Source of the DNA: a virus
Taxonomy: Duplodnaviria; Caudoviricetes
Direction: 5' to 3' (one strand)
IMG/VR virus record: IMGVR_UViG_3300025084_000066
Span: 1-43,186 of that record
Length of the DNA stretch: 43,186 nt
The notes beneath the pieces are model-generated. The model was not told the DNA's origin, made no database searches, and saw only the letters and a program-made list of their open reading frames with translations. Positions within the stretch are counted from its first letter, which is position 1, and each line of letters opens with the position of its first letter. The position numbers and the translations under genes were made by a program. Below are positions 27,897 to 35,703 of this stretch, one piece after another.

Positions 27897-28503
27897 TTAA
27901 TAGGTTTTTTTCTGTTTTCAAGTTTAAATCCATATTTCTATGTATTGTTCTTGAAGAAACATTTAAAGCTTTTGCAAGCTTTTTAATTGTTATTCTTTCA
28001 CTTGTGTCATGAATATATAACATTATTTCATATAGGTCACTATTATTGACGCTATTTTTTCTTCCTATTAATTTTCCTGTTATGCTTAATTTTTGACTTT
28101 TTGTTAAACCACAACCATCTTTAAATATAACCTTACGTCTTTTATTTTTAGGTGCAAACTCATAATCATGCTTTAATATTTCATTAATTATTCTATCAAA
28201 ACTACTTTTATCAATATCAAATGTTGTAAAACCATTTTTTTTTGTTGATATGTATTTTGCTATTTTCTCAAACATTTTATTATCTATATTTTCATTTAAA
28301 TATTTAATAACTAACAAATGCCATTTCAATGATCTATAGCTTCTTATAATAGATTTTTCATATGAAAACAAAGAATAGTACTCATATGTACCGTTTTCGT
28401 AAAACCAACCCCAATCAAAAACATGTGTTGGTTTATCTAATATAGGGTACCTTCTAGTAATTACTCTGTTTGAAAACAAAAAATTCATTCTCAAATGTGA
28501 CAT
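27859..28503 (-). CDS. DNA-binding protein with C-terminal HTH (possible replication initiator/regulator)
   Basis: ITIKKLAKALNVSSRTIHRNM HTH; start codon lies inside an inverted-repeat site. Confidence 0.6.
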   Translation of the reverse strand: MSHLRMNFLFSNRVITRRYPILDKPTHVFDWGWFYENGTYEYYSLFSYEKSIIRSYRSLKWHLLVIKYLNENIDNKMFEKIAKYISTKKNGFTTFDIDKSSFDRIINEILKHDYEFAPKNKRRKVIFKDGCGLTKSQKLSITGKLIGRKNSVNNSDLYEIMLYIHDTSERITIKKLAKALNVSSRTIHRNMDLNLKTEKNLLNEELQRRKLCSL

Positions 28504-28544
28504 TAGCCTGTATTATTATTATCTTATTCCCTATTGTCACATTT
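28493..28544. promoter_or_regulatory. Spaced inverted repeat site 1 (GTGACA-N32-TGTCAC)
   Basis: AAATGTGACAtTAG (28493-28506) and CTAtTGTCACATTT (28531-28544), 13 of 14 positions complementary, AT-rich spacer. Confidence 0.6.
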
Positions 28545-28640
28545 TGGTTTGTATTGAGTCAAAGATTTTGAAACCCTCAATACGTGTATAACCAAAACTA
28601 AACAACTAATCTAAAACATAATTCCTATGAAAAAATTATA

Positions 28641-28889
28641 TCAATCTTTGATTCCGTTTAACTTATCAATACGATATTCTAAAATATCGATTTTATTTTT
28701 AATTACCGCAGCCTTCATATATTCTTCATTTTCTTCATGAATAGCCATAATTGTATGTAACCTAGCTAACTCACCTAATAGTTGATCTTCTCTTTGTGCA
28801 ATCAAATACCATTGGTTTTGTTTTTCAAATAACTTACTAATTATTAGTTCAGCTAATTTATTTAATTGATCGTCATCTATATTATCCAA
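28641..28889 (-). CDS. Hypothetical protein with UVR (UvrB/C)-like motif; start uncertain
   Basis: EENEEYMKAAVIKNKI resembles the E.YE.AA.++D.I pattern; TTG start overlaps a promoter motif. Confidence 0.5.
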   Translation of the reverse strand: MDNIDDDQLNKLAELIISKLFEKQNQWYLIAQREDQLLGELARLHTIMAIHEENEEYMKAAVIKNKIDILEYRIDKLNGIKD

Positions 28890-28909
28890 AATGTGTCGTT
28901 TTTAGTCTG
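28881..28909 (-). promoter_or_regulatory. Phage promoter variant CAGACT-N17-GATAAT
   Basis: Same spacing as the other eight copies. Confidence 0.55.
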
Positions 28910-28929
28910 TATCGCGTTTGCTATACACG

Positions 28930-29280
28930 CTAATATACTATTTCTATTATTACATTTTGCCATTTACCATATTTAATTTCTTCGTTTACTAAAAAATCTA
29001 TACGTTTTTTCCATCTTTTATTCATACGATCTTGTACTGTCCAGTCTCCATCAAAAACACCTGTACCATCAATACAAACCTTAGTTCCAAATGTATAACC
29101 TAAAGCTTCAAGATCTCTTGACACAGCTATCCATCTATGACCTTGTGGATTATCAGGATTTATTTTTGAATTACTAGCCGTGATAAAAGGTGTGTCATCA
29201 GTTTGACCTGGCACAGCGTGATATATAGTTGCTGTGACTAACTCGCTGATTATCAGTATTGTATATAAAGCTTTAAACAT
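28930..29280 (-). CDS. 3D-domain (MltA-like) protein with N-terminal hydrophobic segment
   Basis: TATIY..QTDDTPFITAS, IAVSRD, FGTKV, VQDRM..RIDF; start placed at MFKAL (track start 29301). Confidence 0.75.
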   Translation of the reverse strand: MFKALYTILIISELVTATIYHAVPGQTDDTPFITASNSKINPDNPQGHRWIAVSRDLEALGYTFGTKVCIDGTGVFDGDWTVQDRMNKRWKKRIDFLVNEEIKYGKWQNVIIEIVY

Positions 29281-29458
29281 TTTTATGTACTTTTTTAGCA
29301 AGCTTTAAATAATTTGTATAATAATTTTCATGATAAATTTCTTCAATTGCATCTATAAATTCATCTTTAGTTATTTGTTCATCTTTAACTTCACCTATTA
29401 TAAAACGAAGTTCATCTAATAGCTTATAATAATCTTGTTCTTCTAATGTTAAATCCAT
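29273..29458 (-). CDS. Hypothetical protein
   Basis: ORF track; resembles 33574..33699. Confidence 0.65.
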   Translation of the reverse strand: MDLTLEEQDYYKLLDELRFIIGEVKDEQITKDEFIDAIEEIYHENYYTNYLKLAKKVHKNV

Positions 29459-29459
29459 T

Positions 29460-29684
29460 TTAGTCTGTTTGTTCTAAATCGTTAGTTTCCGTGTTAAATA
29501 CTCTTTTCGTATGACCCATTAAGTTTCCATCCCAATAAGTTGGTGCAGATATTAAATATGTTGTAGACGTTAGTTGTTCTACAGAAAAATCAGATAATTT
29601 TTGGTTAAAAAATTGCATAGTTTTTTCATCGAAAAAATAAGGCTGAGTTTCTTGTGTTAATTGTTTAATCGTTTTGATGTCCAT
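29460..29684 (-). CDS. Hypothetical protein
   Basis: ORF track; YFFDEKTMQFF; tight packing. Confidence 0.7.
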   Translation of the reverse strand: MDIKTIKQLTQETQPYFFDEKTMQFFNQKLSDFSVEQLTSTTYLISAPTYWDGNLMGHTKRVFNTETNDLEQTD

Positions 29685-29868
29685 AATCTTTAGTTATATT
29701 TAAGTTTAATTCTCTTGCTACAAAATTTATATGTTTTTGAGTTGTTACACTCCACCAACCGTGTTGTACTAAGTTTGGATATTCAATTGTTGCTACGTTT
29801 GTGCTGTAAGAGTATATTTTATTACCAACTCTTGATAAGTTTTGTTTGTACCTACTAAATTTTCTCAT
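29665..29868 (-). CDS. Hypothetical protein
   Basis: IYSYSTNVA..WSVTTQKHIN; start placed at MRKFS, just after the upstream stop. Confidence 0.7.
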   Translation of the reverse strand: MRKFSRYKQNLSRVGNKIYSYSTNVATIEYPNLVQHGWWSVTTQKHINFVARELNLNITKDYGHQND

Positions 29869-29869
29869 A

Positions 29870-30007
29870 TTAATTAATTTTATATTTATTTTCAATATAT
29901 TCGACCGACTCTCGGTCTCCTAGGTCTTTATACATGGCCCAGATTTTATCAATTTCAGTTGTTTTGATTAACAGATCTATTTGATATTTTTTTGCATCTA
30001 ATAACAT
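29870..30007 (-). CDS. Hypothetical protein, 45 aa (not in ORF track)
   Basis: MLLDAKKYQIDLLIKTTEIDKIWAMYKDLGDRESVEYIENKYKIN; TAATG-coupled to the upstream gene. Confidence 0.65.
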   Translation of the reverse strand: MLLDAKKYQIDLLIKTTEIDKIWAMYKDLGDRESVEYIENKYKIN

Positions 30008-30375
30008 TATTTTTTGTTTTCGTGATATGAAACAAATGGTGATTCATCTTCGTTTTTTATATCGTCCCACATATCCTCAAACTCATCATCAAAATAACAT
30101 TCATCATAAATTTCTGAATCAACAAATAAGCTTAAACCATCTTTAATACAATTTTTTATATCATCGGAACAACTACTTGCATAATAAAATATACTTTCAG
30201 GGTTGAAAGCCATATCGCTAGGCTCATGCATCCAGTAAACATTGTAACTATCTGCAGTATACACAGATTCAAATATCATGTCTACGTGACCTACGTTATC
30301 CCAAACATCTGTAATGTTGGCACTATAATGTTTTAATACTTTTTGTTTATTATTCATATTTTTTCTGTATTTCAA
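30007..30375 (-). CDS. Acidic hypothetical protein
   Basis: ORF track; D/E-rich C-terminal half. Confidence 0.7.
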   Translation of the reverse strand: MKYRKNMNNKQKVLKHYSANITDVWDNVGHVDMIFESVYTADSYNVYWMHEPSDMAFNPESIFYYASSCSDDIKNCIKDGLSLFVDSEIYDECYFDDEFEDMWDDIKNEDESPFVSYHENKK

Positions 30376-30538
30376 ACAACAACTCTTGTAAGTTGTCGCA
30401 CGTTAATTCGAGATAGTTTAATAGCCTTTTGTCACTAACACCGCTAGATATATATTCATTAAAAATATATTCTGAAGTTGTGTTAACTTCTAAAAAAGCT
30501 CGTCTGATGTTTTCTGCATCTATTTGTTCAATATTCAT
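30350..30538 (-). CDS. Hypothetical protein
   Basis: ORF track; ATG lies 7 nt downstream of a TATAAT box. Confidence 0.65.
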   Translation of the reverse strand: MNIEQIDAENIRRAFLEVNTTSEYIFNEYISSGVSDKRLLNYLELTCDNLQELLFEIQKKYE

Positions 30539-30544
30539 ATTATT

Positions 30545-30573
30545 ATTATATAATTACCCTTGTTTTATGTCTG
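30545..30573 (-). promoter_or_regulatory. Phage promoter CAGACA-N17-TATAAT
   Basis: Exact consensus copy. Confidence 0.75.
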
Positions 30574-31053
30574 TATAAAACTTGGAATACTTTTGTATAT
30601 ATTTTCTGATTCGTGAGCTACGTTACTTTTTTCTGCAATATAATACTGCCAATAAGCGTGTATAGCACTTTTGTGTTTGTACTGATCAGGCATACACTGA
30701 GGAGGTTCGCTAAAACCCACATTAAATATACCGCCAGGGTAACGTTTTAGAACGTCTTTACATTTTATAATTGTAAGATGTGTTTTGCCATAACGTTTGT
30801 TATATTCTTCGCCAAGCTTTATCATGTGATAATAGAGCCATAAATAATGAGGAGCTGACTGCCTTACCCATATAGTTGATGGGTGGTTTTTATGTGCAAC
30901 TCTATAAGGTATATCATCAGAATTACAAGGATCAAGTAAATGATGAGCTGTGCAAAGCATTTGCGCTGATTCTAAAATCATTTTTACCACGTGTTTGTTG
31001 TATTGTAGTTTAGCCGCTTCTGCTGGGTCTTTATGTAGATAAAATATATTCAT
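30565..31053 (-). CDS. Pyrimidine-dimer DNA glycosylase/endonuclease V-family protein
   Basis: MNIFYL..KHVVKMILESAQML, HKNHPSTIW and EYNKRYGKTH. Confidence 0.7.
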   Translation of the reverse strand: MNIFYLHKDPAEAAKLQYNKHVVKMILESAQMLCTAHHLLDPCNSDDIPYRVAHKNHPSTIWVRQSAPHYLWLYYHMIKLGEEYNKRYGKTHLTIIKCKDVLKRYPGGIFNVGFSEPPQCMPDQYKHKSAIHAYWQYYIAEKSNVAHESENIYKSIPSFIQT

Positions 31054-31059
31054 ATATAT

Positions 31060-31088
31060 ATTATATGTTTACTATAGTTGTTAATCTG
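31060..31088 (-). promoter_or_regulatory. Phage promoter variant CAGATT-N17-TATAAT
   Basis: Spacing conserved; ATG lies 7 nt downstream. Confidence 0.6.
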
Positions 31089-31293
31089 TAATATATCTTT
31101 CCTTGTTTCTATCTATTATATCACCAATTTCATCTTGCATAGCTATTATATCCATAGCTAGTAGTTGTATTTCTGCTAAACCATTAGCTTCATACGTGCT
31201 TAGATTATTGGTTTCGTTGTCTTGTATAGCGTTTACACAGTCTCGTAATGCTTTTGCAGTGTTCTCAAACCTGCAGTAACTCATATTTGCCAT
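31081..31293 (-). CDS. Hypothetical protein (MSYCRFENT motif)
   Basis: ORF track; motif recurrent in small phage proteins. Confidence 0.7.
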   Translation of the reverse strand: MANMSYCRFENTAKALRDCVNAIQDNETNNLSTYEANGLAEIQLLAMDIIAMQDEIGDIIDRNKERYITD

Positions 31294-31313
31294 ATTTAAT
31301 TATTTAATGTTAG

Positions 31314-31386
<73 letters not shown>

Positions 31387-31389
31387 TTA

Positions 31390-31613
31390 TGAGAGGTAGA
31401 AGTTGTGGACTGGTAGTTAACTAGTATTGTCATTTATCCACAATTTCTGTTTTGAGCTAGCTGAAATGTCGCATTATTGCCCTAACGTGACCAGTATGCC
31501 GCCACCTCTCTGTCAGCTATTCACTTATGTGTGTGTAATACACTTCCGTACGTTCACATATGCCCGTCGACAGTCGACACCACATACACACCTAATTAAG
31601 CTAATCGTCTGAC
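31390..31613 (-). ncRNA. Candidate structured ncRNA(s) immediately 5' of the tRNA
   Basis: GC-enriched gap with several nested stems (see findings). Confidence 0.5.
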
Positions 31614-32002
31614 TATGTTACTTTTTGGCTTTGTAAGTCTTGTGCATACCATTTTAAATCGTGGTGCATAAACAAACCGCCAATTTGACCTTTTTTAATT
31701 TTATTTATTAATTTGTCTTCAACCTCAAGTGGTAAGCTTTTTCTACCACCAATAGACCACATTTTATTATGTTTTAATACAAACTCTCTGTCACTCATTC
31801 TATAATCATATATAGTATACAGGTTGTTGTCATACTCTAACACCCAACAAACTTGTGTTTTGTTGTCTGATGTTTTTTCGGGTAATGTAGGTTCGCCTAA
31901 TGCATCAACTAAATCAATATAACGTACATTGTAAAGAGATGCTAATTTGTGTGTGCCGCCGATATAAAATTCGTCGCCATTTTTTAGAACTTTTAATTTC
32001 AT
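31613..32002 (-). CDS. Hypothetical protein
   Basis: 129 aa; LVDALGEP..DNKTQVCW..TIYDY; has its own promoter. Confidence 0.75.
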   Translation of the reverse strand: MKLKVLKNGDEFYIGGTHKLASLYNVRYIDLVDALGEPTLPEKTSDNKTQVCWVLEYDNNLYTIYDYRMSDREFVLKHNKMWSIGGRKSLPLEVEDKLINKIKKGQIGGLFMHHDLKWYAQDLQSQKVT

Positions 32003-32018
32003 ATTTTTTATTTATTAT

Positions 32019-32047
32019 ATTATACTTACTTGTTTGTTATCTGTCTG
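32019..32047 (-). promoter_or_regulatory. Phage promoter CAGACA-N17-TATAAT
   Basis: Exact consensus copy. Confidence 0.75.
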
Positions 32048-32074
32048 TATTATTGTCCGCCGTTGCTATACACT

Positions 32075-32206
32075 TTAGTTTGTTTCTTCGTACTCATCAT
32101 AATCTCTACAGTCAGGGCATATATCACAAAAGAAATATTCTTCTGATGTCATACCTCCCTTGCACATCTCACATTTATATATGTCTACTGTTCTTACTTT
32201 GTACAT
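32075..32206 (-). CDS. Small Cys-rich (zinc-binding) protein, 43 aa (not in ORF track)
   Basis: MYKVRTVDIYKCEMCKGGMTSEEYFFCDICPDCRDYDEYEETN. Confidence 0.65.
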   Translation of the reverse strand: MYKVRTVDIYKCEMCKGGMTSEEYFFCDICPDCRDYDEYEETN

Positions 32207-32418
32207 AGCCTAGAATTAAAATCTTTTATAAACTTGTATCTTTTTCTTGGACACATTATTTTTTGTTTTCTCATTTGATAGAAAACCTTAAGACCATTAA
32301 ACATATTACGGTGGTGGGTATTTATTCTTATATACCCACTGTTACATGATACAGCTATTCTATTATCGTCTAGTTTAAACTGTAGACTTCCGTGTGTTGT
32401 TACATTTATTAGCTTCAT
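32194..32418 (-). CDS. Hypothetical protein
   Basis: ORF track; ATGA overlap with the upstream gene. Confidence 0.65.
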   Translation of the reverse strand: MKLINVTTHGSLQFKLDDNRIAVSCNSGYIRINTHHRNMFNGLKVFYQMRKQKIMCPRKRYKFIKDFNSRLCTK

Positions 32419-32714
32419 TCTGTGCCAGATATTATATCTATTGTATTAGATAAAAGAACATCAGTAATTGATTCATCTGTTTCTTCTACAGGCTGTTCTG
32501 ATAGCTTTTTTCTAGCATTTGCTAAAGATTTAATTTTGTAAACTTCTACAATAACATCTACATCTTGCAATGCTATGTTGTTTTTTAAAGCTTCAAAATA
32601 TAGATCATCTAACTTCCACTCTAATGAGTATAAGTTGTAGTTGCCTGTGTCAAAACGATCTATGATGTCTTGAACTTCTCTGTAATGCGAAATTTGTAAT
32701 TCTGATTTAGTCAT
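32415..32714 (-). CDS. Hypothetical protein
   Basis: ORF track; promoter upstream. Confidence 0.7.
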   Translation of the reverse strand: MTKSELQISHYREVQDIIDRFDTGNYNLYSLEWKLDDLYFEALKNNIALQDVDVIVEVYKIKSLANARKKLSEQPVEETDESITDVLLSNTIDIISGTE

Positions 32715-32748
32715 AATAGTATTATATTTAAGTTAAACAATTTATTAT

Positions 32749-32777
32749 ATTATATTATTAGCGTCGTTATATGTTTG
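32749..32777 (-). promoter_or_regulatory. Phage promoter variant CAAACA-N17-TATAAT
   Basis: Spacing conserved. Confidence 0.65.
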
Positions 32778-32779
32778 TA

Positions 32780-33061
32780 TTAACCATCGCCTTCAGTACC
32801 TATTTTACTCATATATTCCGCTTCAGCTTTATCGTACTGTTTCTGATCTTCTAAATACTTGTGTTTATAATCAAGTAAATCATTGATCTTTTGTTTCATT
32901 AGATATTTTGTAGGCATGCCAAACTGCATCAAGTTTAAACCACTTAAAAGCCTTTCATTATTACATATGTAACCATCAGCGTCTTTATCATTCCAAGTTT
33001 TCCACTCGACATAATAAAAATCTATACCTCTATGCTCGTGTTTCTTAGTATATTCTTCCAT
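32780..33061 (-). CDS. Hypothetical protein
   Basis: ORF track; tight packing. Confidence 0.7.
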   Translation of the reverse strand: MEEYTKKHEHRGIDFYYVEWKTWNDKDADGYICNNERLLSGLNLMQFGMPTKYLMKQKINDLLDYKHKYLEDQKQYDKAEAEYMSKIGTEGDG

Positions 33062-33062
33062 A

Positions 33063-33296
33063 TTAAAATTGTATTAAGTTTATTGCTTTTTGATATGTTG
33101 GTTTACCGTTTTTAATTATTTCATAGTTTGGATCCATACCATTAATTCTTATATACTCTACAAGATCAGCAATAGATGTAAAGTTTTTATTAAAATAAGA
33201 GCAGTCTAATGAAAACACATCTTGTTTTTTAAGATCTCCACACTCTGGGCAACTATAAATTAATTCATAGCCACCACAAAATCCACAACTATTCAT
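33063..33296 (-). CDS. Zinc-ribbon protein
   Basis: MNSCGFCGGYELIYSCPECG; start placed at ATG 33296. Confidence 0.65.
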   Translation of the reverse strand: MNSCGFCGGYELIYSCPECGDLKKQDVFSLDCSYFNKNFTSIADLVEYIRINGMDPNYEIIKNGKPTYQKAINLIQF

Positions 33297-33408
33297 ACTG
33301 TACCGTATTACCGTCCTGCCACTCGCCACATTCAGAGCAAACAGAATCCATTATAAAGTATTGATGATAAGTTAAGTCATACCCACCACAGAATTTACAT
33401 TTTTCCAT
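33289..33408 (-). CDS. Small zinc-ribbon protein, 39 aa (not in ORF track)
   Basis: MEKCKFCGGYDLTYHQYFIMDSVCSECGEWQDGNTVQYE. Confidence 0.65.
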   Translation of the reverse strand: MEKCKFCGGYDLTYHQYFIMDSVCSECGEWQDGNTVQYE

Positions 33409-33409
33409 A

Positions 33410-33577
33410 TTATATTGTATCAAAGATTCCAAACGTTGCATTGTCTATCGCAGATGGATTAGTTAAAAGGTGATAGAATAACTGACCTATACCTAATATC
33501 CACATTATTATTAAACCAAGTAGTACAATTTTTAATATTATATCTACTAATTTATAATCACTCATTTTGTATTTCAT
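33410..33577 (-). CDS. Small membrane protein, 55 aa (not in ORF track)
   Basis: MKYKMSDYKLVDIILKIVLLGLIIMWILGIGQLFYHLLTNPSAIDNATFGIFDTI. Confidence 0.65.
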   Translation of the reverse strand: MKYKMSDYKLVDIILKIVLLGLIIMWILGIGQLFYHLLTNPSAIDNATFGIFDTI

Positions 33578-33699
33578 AATTTATTATAATAATAGTGTTC
33601 CCACACCTGTTCTATTGCGTTACTAAAATCATCATTATCTATATTACCATTTTGTAACATTTTAATGTGAAAGTATATTTCTTGTAATAATTCTTTCAT
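33574..33699 (-). CDS. Hypothetical protein, 41 aa (not in ORF track)
   Basis: MKELLQEIYFHIKMLQNGNIDNDDFSNAIEQVWEHYYYNKL; ATGA overlaps on both sides. Confidence 0.65.
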   Translation of the reverse strand: MKELLQEIYFHIKMLQNGNIDNDDFSNAIEQVWEHYYYNKL

Positions 33700-33881
33700 T
33701 TATTTATTCTTTTGTATAACTCTTTGATTATTGCTTCCATATAATTACTATGGTCTTTTGAAAACTTGTCGTCAGTTTCTGAATAATTACCATACTGAAA
33801 CATATACTCGGTAAGATTCTCATAAATACTGTCTATTACGGTATCAGCACACTCGTCTACTATTTTTTTCTTGATTAACAT
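33696..33881 (-). CDS. Hypothetical protein
   Basis: ORF track; promoter upstream. Confidence 0.7.
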   Translation of the reverse strand: MLIKKKIVDECADTVIDSIYENLTEYMFQYGNYSETDDKFSKDHSNYMEAIIKELYKRINK

Positions 33882-33898
33882 AATTATTATTTTTATAT

Positions 33899-33927
33899 AT
33901 TATATTGTTACTCTTGTTGTCTGTCTG
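33899..33927 (-). promoter_or_regulatory. Phage promoter CAGACA-N17-TATAAT
   Basis: Exact consensus copy. Confidence 0.75.
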
Positions 33928-33932
33928 TAATT

Positions 33933-34151
33933 CTATGTTCTTACTACAATAAGATCTTTATTAGATTCGTCTATTTCTATATCACCCTCGTGAAAGATAT
34001 GAATGTGTTTTTTACCTATTAATATATCTTTTAAGACACCATCCTCATATATAAATTCATTACCTGATAAATCATAGAATTCAGTGTATGTTACTGGATC
34101 CACTGATACAGTTTCTTTTATTTCTCTTAATAATTTAATTTCATTTCTCAT
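33933..34151 (-). CDS. Hypothetical protein
   Basis: ORF track. Confidence 0.65.
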   Translation of the reverse strand: MRNEIKLLREIKETVSVDPVTYTEFYDLSGNEFIYEDGVLKDILIGKKHIHIFHEGDIEIDESNKDLIVVRT

Positions 34152-34269
34152 AATTATATTCTTTTAAAGTTCCTTTATTATTGCTTTGCATAAACTCTTT
34201 GCCAAACATTATCTCAAAGTATTGTTTCTTTGATACTTCTTTACCTGTAATTGGTGATGTATATTTCAT
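34141..34269 (-). CDS. Hypothetical protein, 42 aa (not in ORF track)
   Basis: MKYTSPITGKEVSKKQYFEIMFGKEFMQSNNKGTLKEYNYEK; fills the gap. Confidence 0.6.
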   Translation of the reverse strand: MKYTSPITGKEVSKKQYFEIMFGKEFMQSNNKGTLKEYNYEK

Positions 34270-34273
34270 AGTA

Positions 34274-34522
34274 TTAAATTAATATATAGTCTAGATTTAG
34301 TATATCAGTCTTGATAGTGTATTGTATATTGTGGTTATCAAGTATATATAGTGTTTCAGCGAAGTCCTCTATAGTATTCTCAAATAGAATAAATGTATGT
34401 TTATAGAGTATATCCATATTATCATCTAGTTTCATATCATTATCTTTAAAGAATTGAGTGGAATCAGATATGTAATGCACCTCATCATTTTGTAACAGCG
34501 ATTGTAGTTGTTTATAGTTCAT
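34274..34522 (-). CDS. Acidic hypothetical protein
   Basis: ORF track. Confidence 0.7.
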   Translation of the reverse strand: MNYKQLQSLLQNDEVHYISDSTQFFKDNDMKLDDNMDILYKHTFILFENTIEDFAETLYILDNHNIQYTIKTDILNLDYILI

Positions 34523-34526
34523 AGTA

Positions 34527-34739
34527 TTATTCTATTGTTATTTGACCAGTGATTGGATTTATGAAGTTCTTTTCACTGATAAATGTGAAACCTTTGTAGT
34601 TAAACCACGAGTGAATAGGGTTGTTAGACTCCACATCACATAGTCTTTTTGGTAACTTACCAATTTGGAAACCAAAGTGACGAGTATGGTTGAATTTAAT
34701 GAATGGTTTTTTGGATTTACTGGATTTTTTTATTATCAT
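34527..34739 (-). CDS. Hypothetical protein
   Basis: ORF track; promoter upstream. Confidence 0.7.
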   Translation of the reverse strand: MIIKKSSKSKKPFIKFNHTRHFGFQIGKLPKRLCDVESNNPIHSWFNYKGFTFISEKNFINPITGQITIE

Positions 34740-34767
34740 AGTATGTTAATTAAGATTAGTTATATAT

Positions 34768-34796
34768 ATTATATAATTACTTGTGTATTATGTCTG
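34768..34796 (-). promoter_or_regulatory. Phage promoter CAGACA-N17-TATAAT
   Basis: Exact consensus copy. Confidence 0.75.
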
Positions 34797-34880
34797 CAAA
34801 GGTGGATTGTTTATTTAAGTGTAGTAGAGGTATTAGGAGGTATAAAGCTCCGCCTCAAGGTGTGAGATTATTGAAAAAAG

Positions 34881-34925
34881 GTGACATAAGGCAGTATAAT
34901 AAGGTATATTAGTGGCTAGTGTCAC
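34881..34925. promoter_or_regulatory. Spaced inverted repeat site 2 (GTGACA-N33-TGTCAC)
   Basis: GTGACATAAG ... CTAGTGTCAC; same design as the site at 28493. Confidence 0.55.
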
Positions 34926-34962
34926 ACTATTCTTTGCTTCGCTCTGCCATTTTGCTATACAT

Positions 34963-34979
34963 ACTCCGCAAAGCGGAGC
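34963..34979 (-). terminator. Hairpin downstream of the 77-aa paralogue (terminator or processing site)
   Basis: GCTCCGC-TTT-GCGGAGT; no clear U-tract. Confidence 0.4.
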
Positions 34980-34995
34980 AGTACAGTTACTATTG

Positions 34996-35229
34996 CTATT
35001 TGATTACTAGATCTCGAGCAAAGGTTGGCATGTTATTAGTAGCAGTGTATGATTTGTACTTTTCAAAACACTTCATAGAATCAAAATGCTTTTTGTTTAC
35101 TTTGTACACTTCATCATGATTGTACTTGAAAGACTTACCTTCTTTGTTAGTAAATTGAATAATTGAGTTCTTGCCAAGTAAAGATTTTCTGATTACAAAT
35201 CTTTTTGTTTTAATAATAGAATTTTTCAT
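34996..35229 (-). CDS. Basic early protein, paralogue 2
   Basis: TKRFVIRK..YNHD.VY..CF.KYKSYTATNN.PTFARD shared with 35382..35639. Confidence 0.85.
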   Translation of the reverse strand: MKNSIIKTKRFVIRKSLLGKNSIIQFTNKEGKSFKYNHDEVYKVNKKHFDSMKCFEKYKSYTATNNMPTFARDLVIK

Positions 35230-35264
35230 AGTATATATATTTAGTATTTATTAGTTACATTTAT

Positions 35265-35293
35265 ATTATAGTCACTTGCTCGTATTGTGTCTG
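35265..35293 (-). promoter_or_regulatory. Phage promoter CAGACA-N17-TATAAT
   Basis: Exact consensus copy. Confidence 0.75.
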
Positions 35294-35328
35294 TTATTCT
35301 TCGCTCGTGACCTGTCTGTGCTATACAC

Positions 35329-35357
35329 ACAAAGAGGAGCATTACACTCCCCTTTGC
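35329..35357 (-). terminator. Hairpin downstream of the 85-aa paralogue
   Basis: GCAAAGGGGAGT-GTAAT-GCTCCTCTTTGT; G-U pairs work on the minus strand. Confidence 0.45.
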
Positions 35358-35381
35358 TTCGCTTTACCAAGAAGAAACTCC

Positions 35382-35639
35382 CTACAGTAGGAAGTCTCTT
35401 GCGAATGTTGGTACATTGTTTGTTGCAGTATATGACTTATACTTCTTGAAACAGTTCATACCTTCAAACCTTTTCTTGTTACTAGTATATACTTTGTCAT
35501 GGTTATACTTGAATGTCTTACCTTCTTTTGTTTTGAATTCAATCGTCACATTCTTACCGATTAGATTCTTTCTGATCACAAACCTTTTAGTAGTTAGTTT
35601 AGTTTGTTTAACACTTGGATTACTTGATTCTTTTTTCAT
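35382..35639 (-). CDS. Basic early protein, paralogue 1 (first gene of the leftward arm)
   Basis: High identity to 34996..35229. Confidence 0.85.
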   Translation of the reverse strand: MKKESSNPSVKQTKLTTKRFVIRKNLIGKNVTIEFKTKEGKTFKYNHDKVYTSNKKRFEGMNCFKKYKSYTATNNVPTFARDFLL

Positions 35640-35674
35640 AATTATTTATTTAGATTTATTTATTAGTTATATAT

Positions 35675-35703
35675 ATTATATAAATATACTCGTGACTCGT
35701 CTG
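35675..35703 (-). promoter_or_regulatory. Phage promoter variant CAGACG-N17-TATAAT
   Basis: Spacing conserved; overlaps the direct repeat CTCGTGACTCGTCTG (35689-35703, 35714-35728). Confidence 0.7.

Noticed and set aside
31427-31612. 61-aa + strand ORF
   Set aside because: TTG start, opposite to all neighbours, and overlaps the stem-rich region better explained as RNA.
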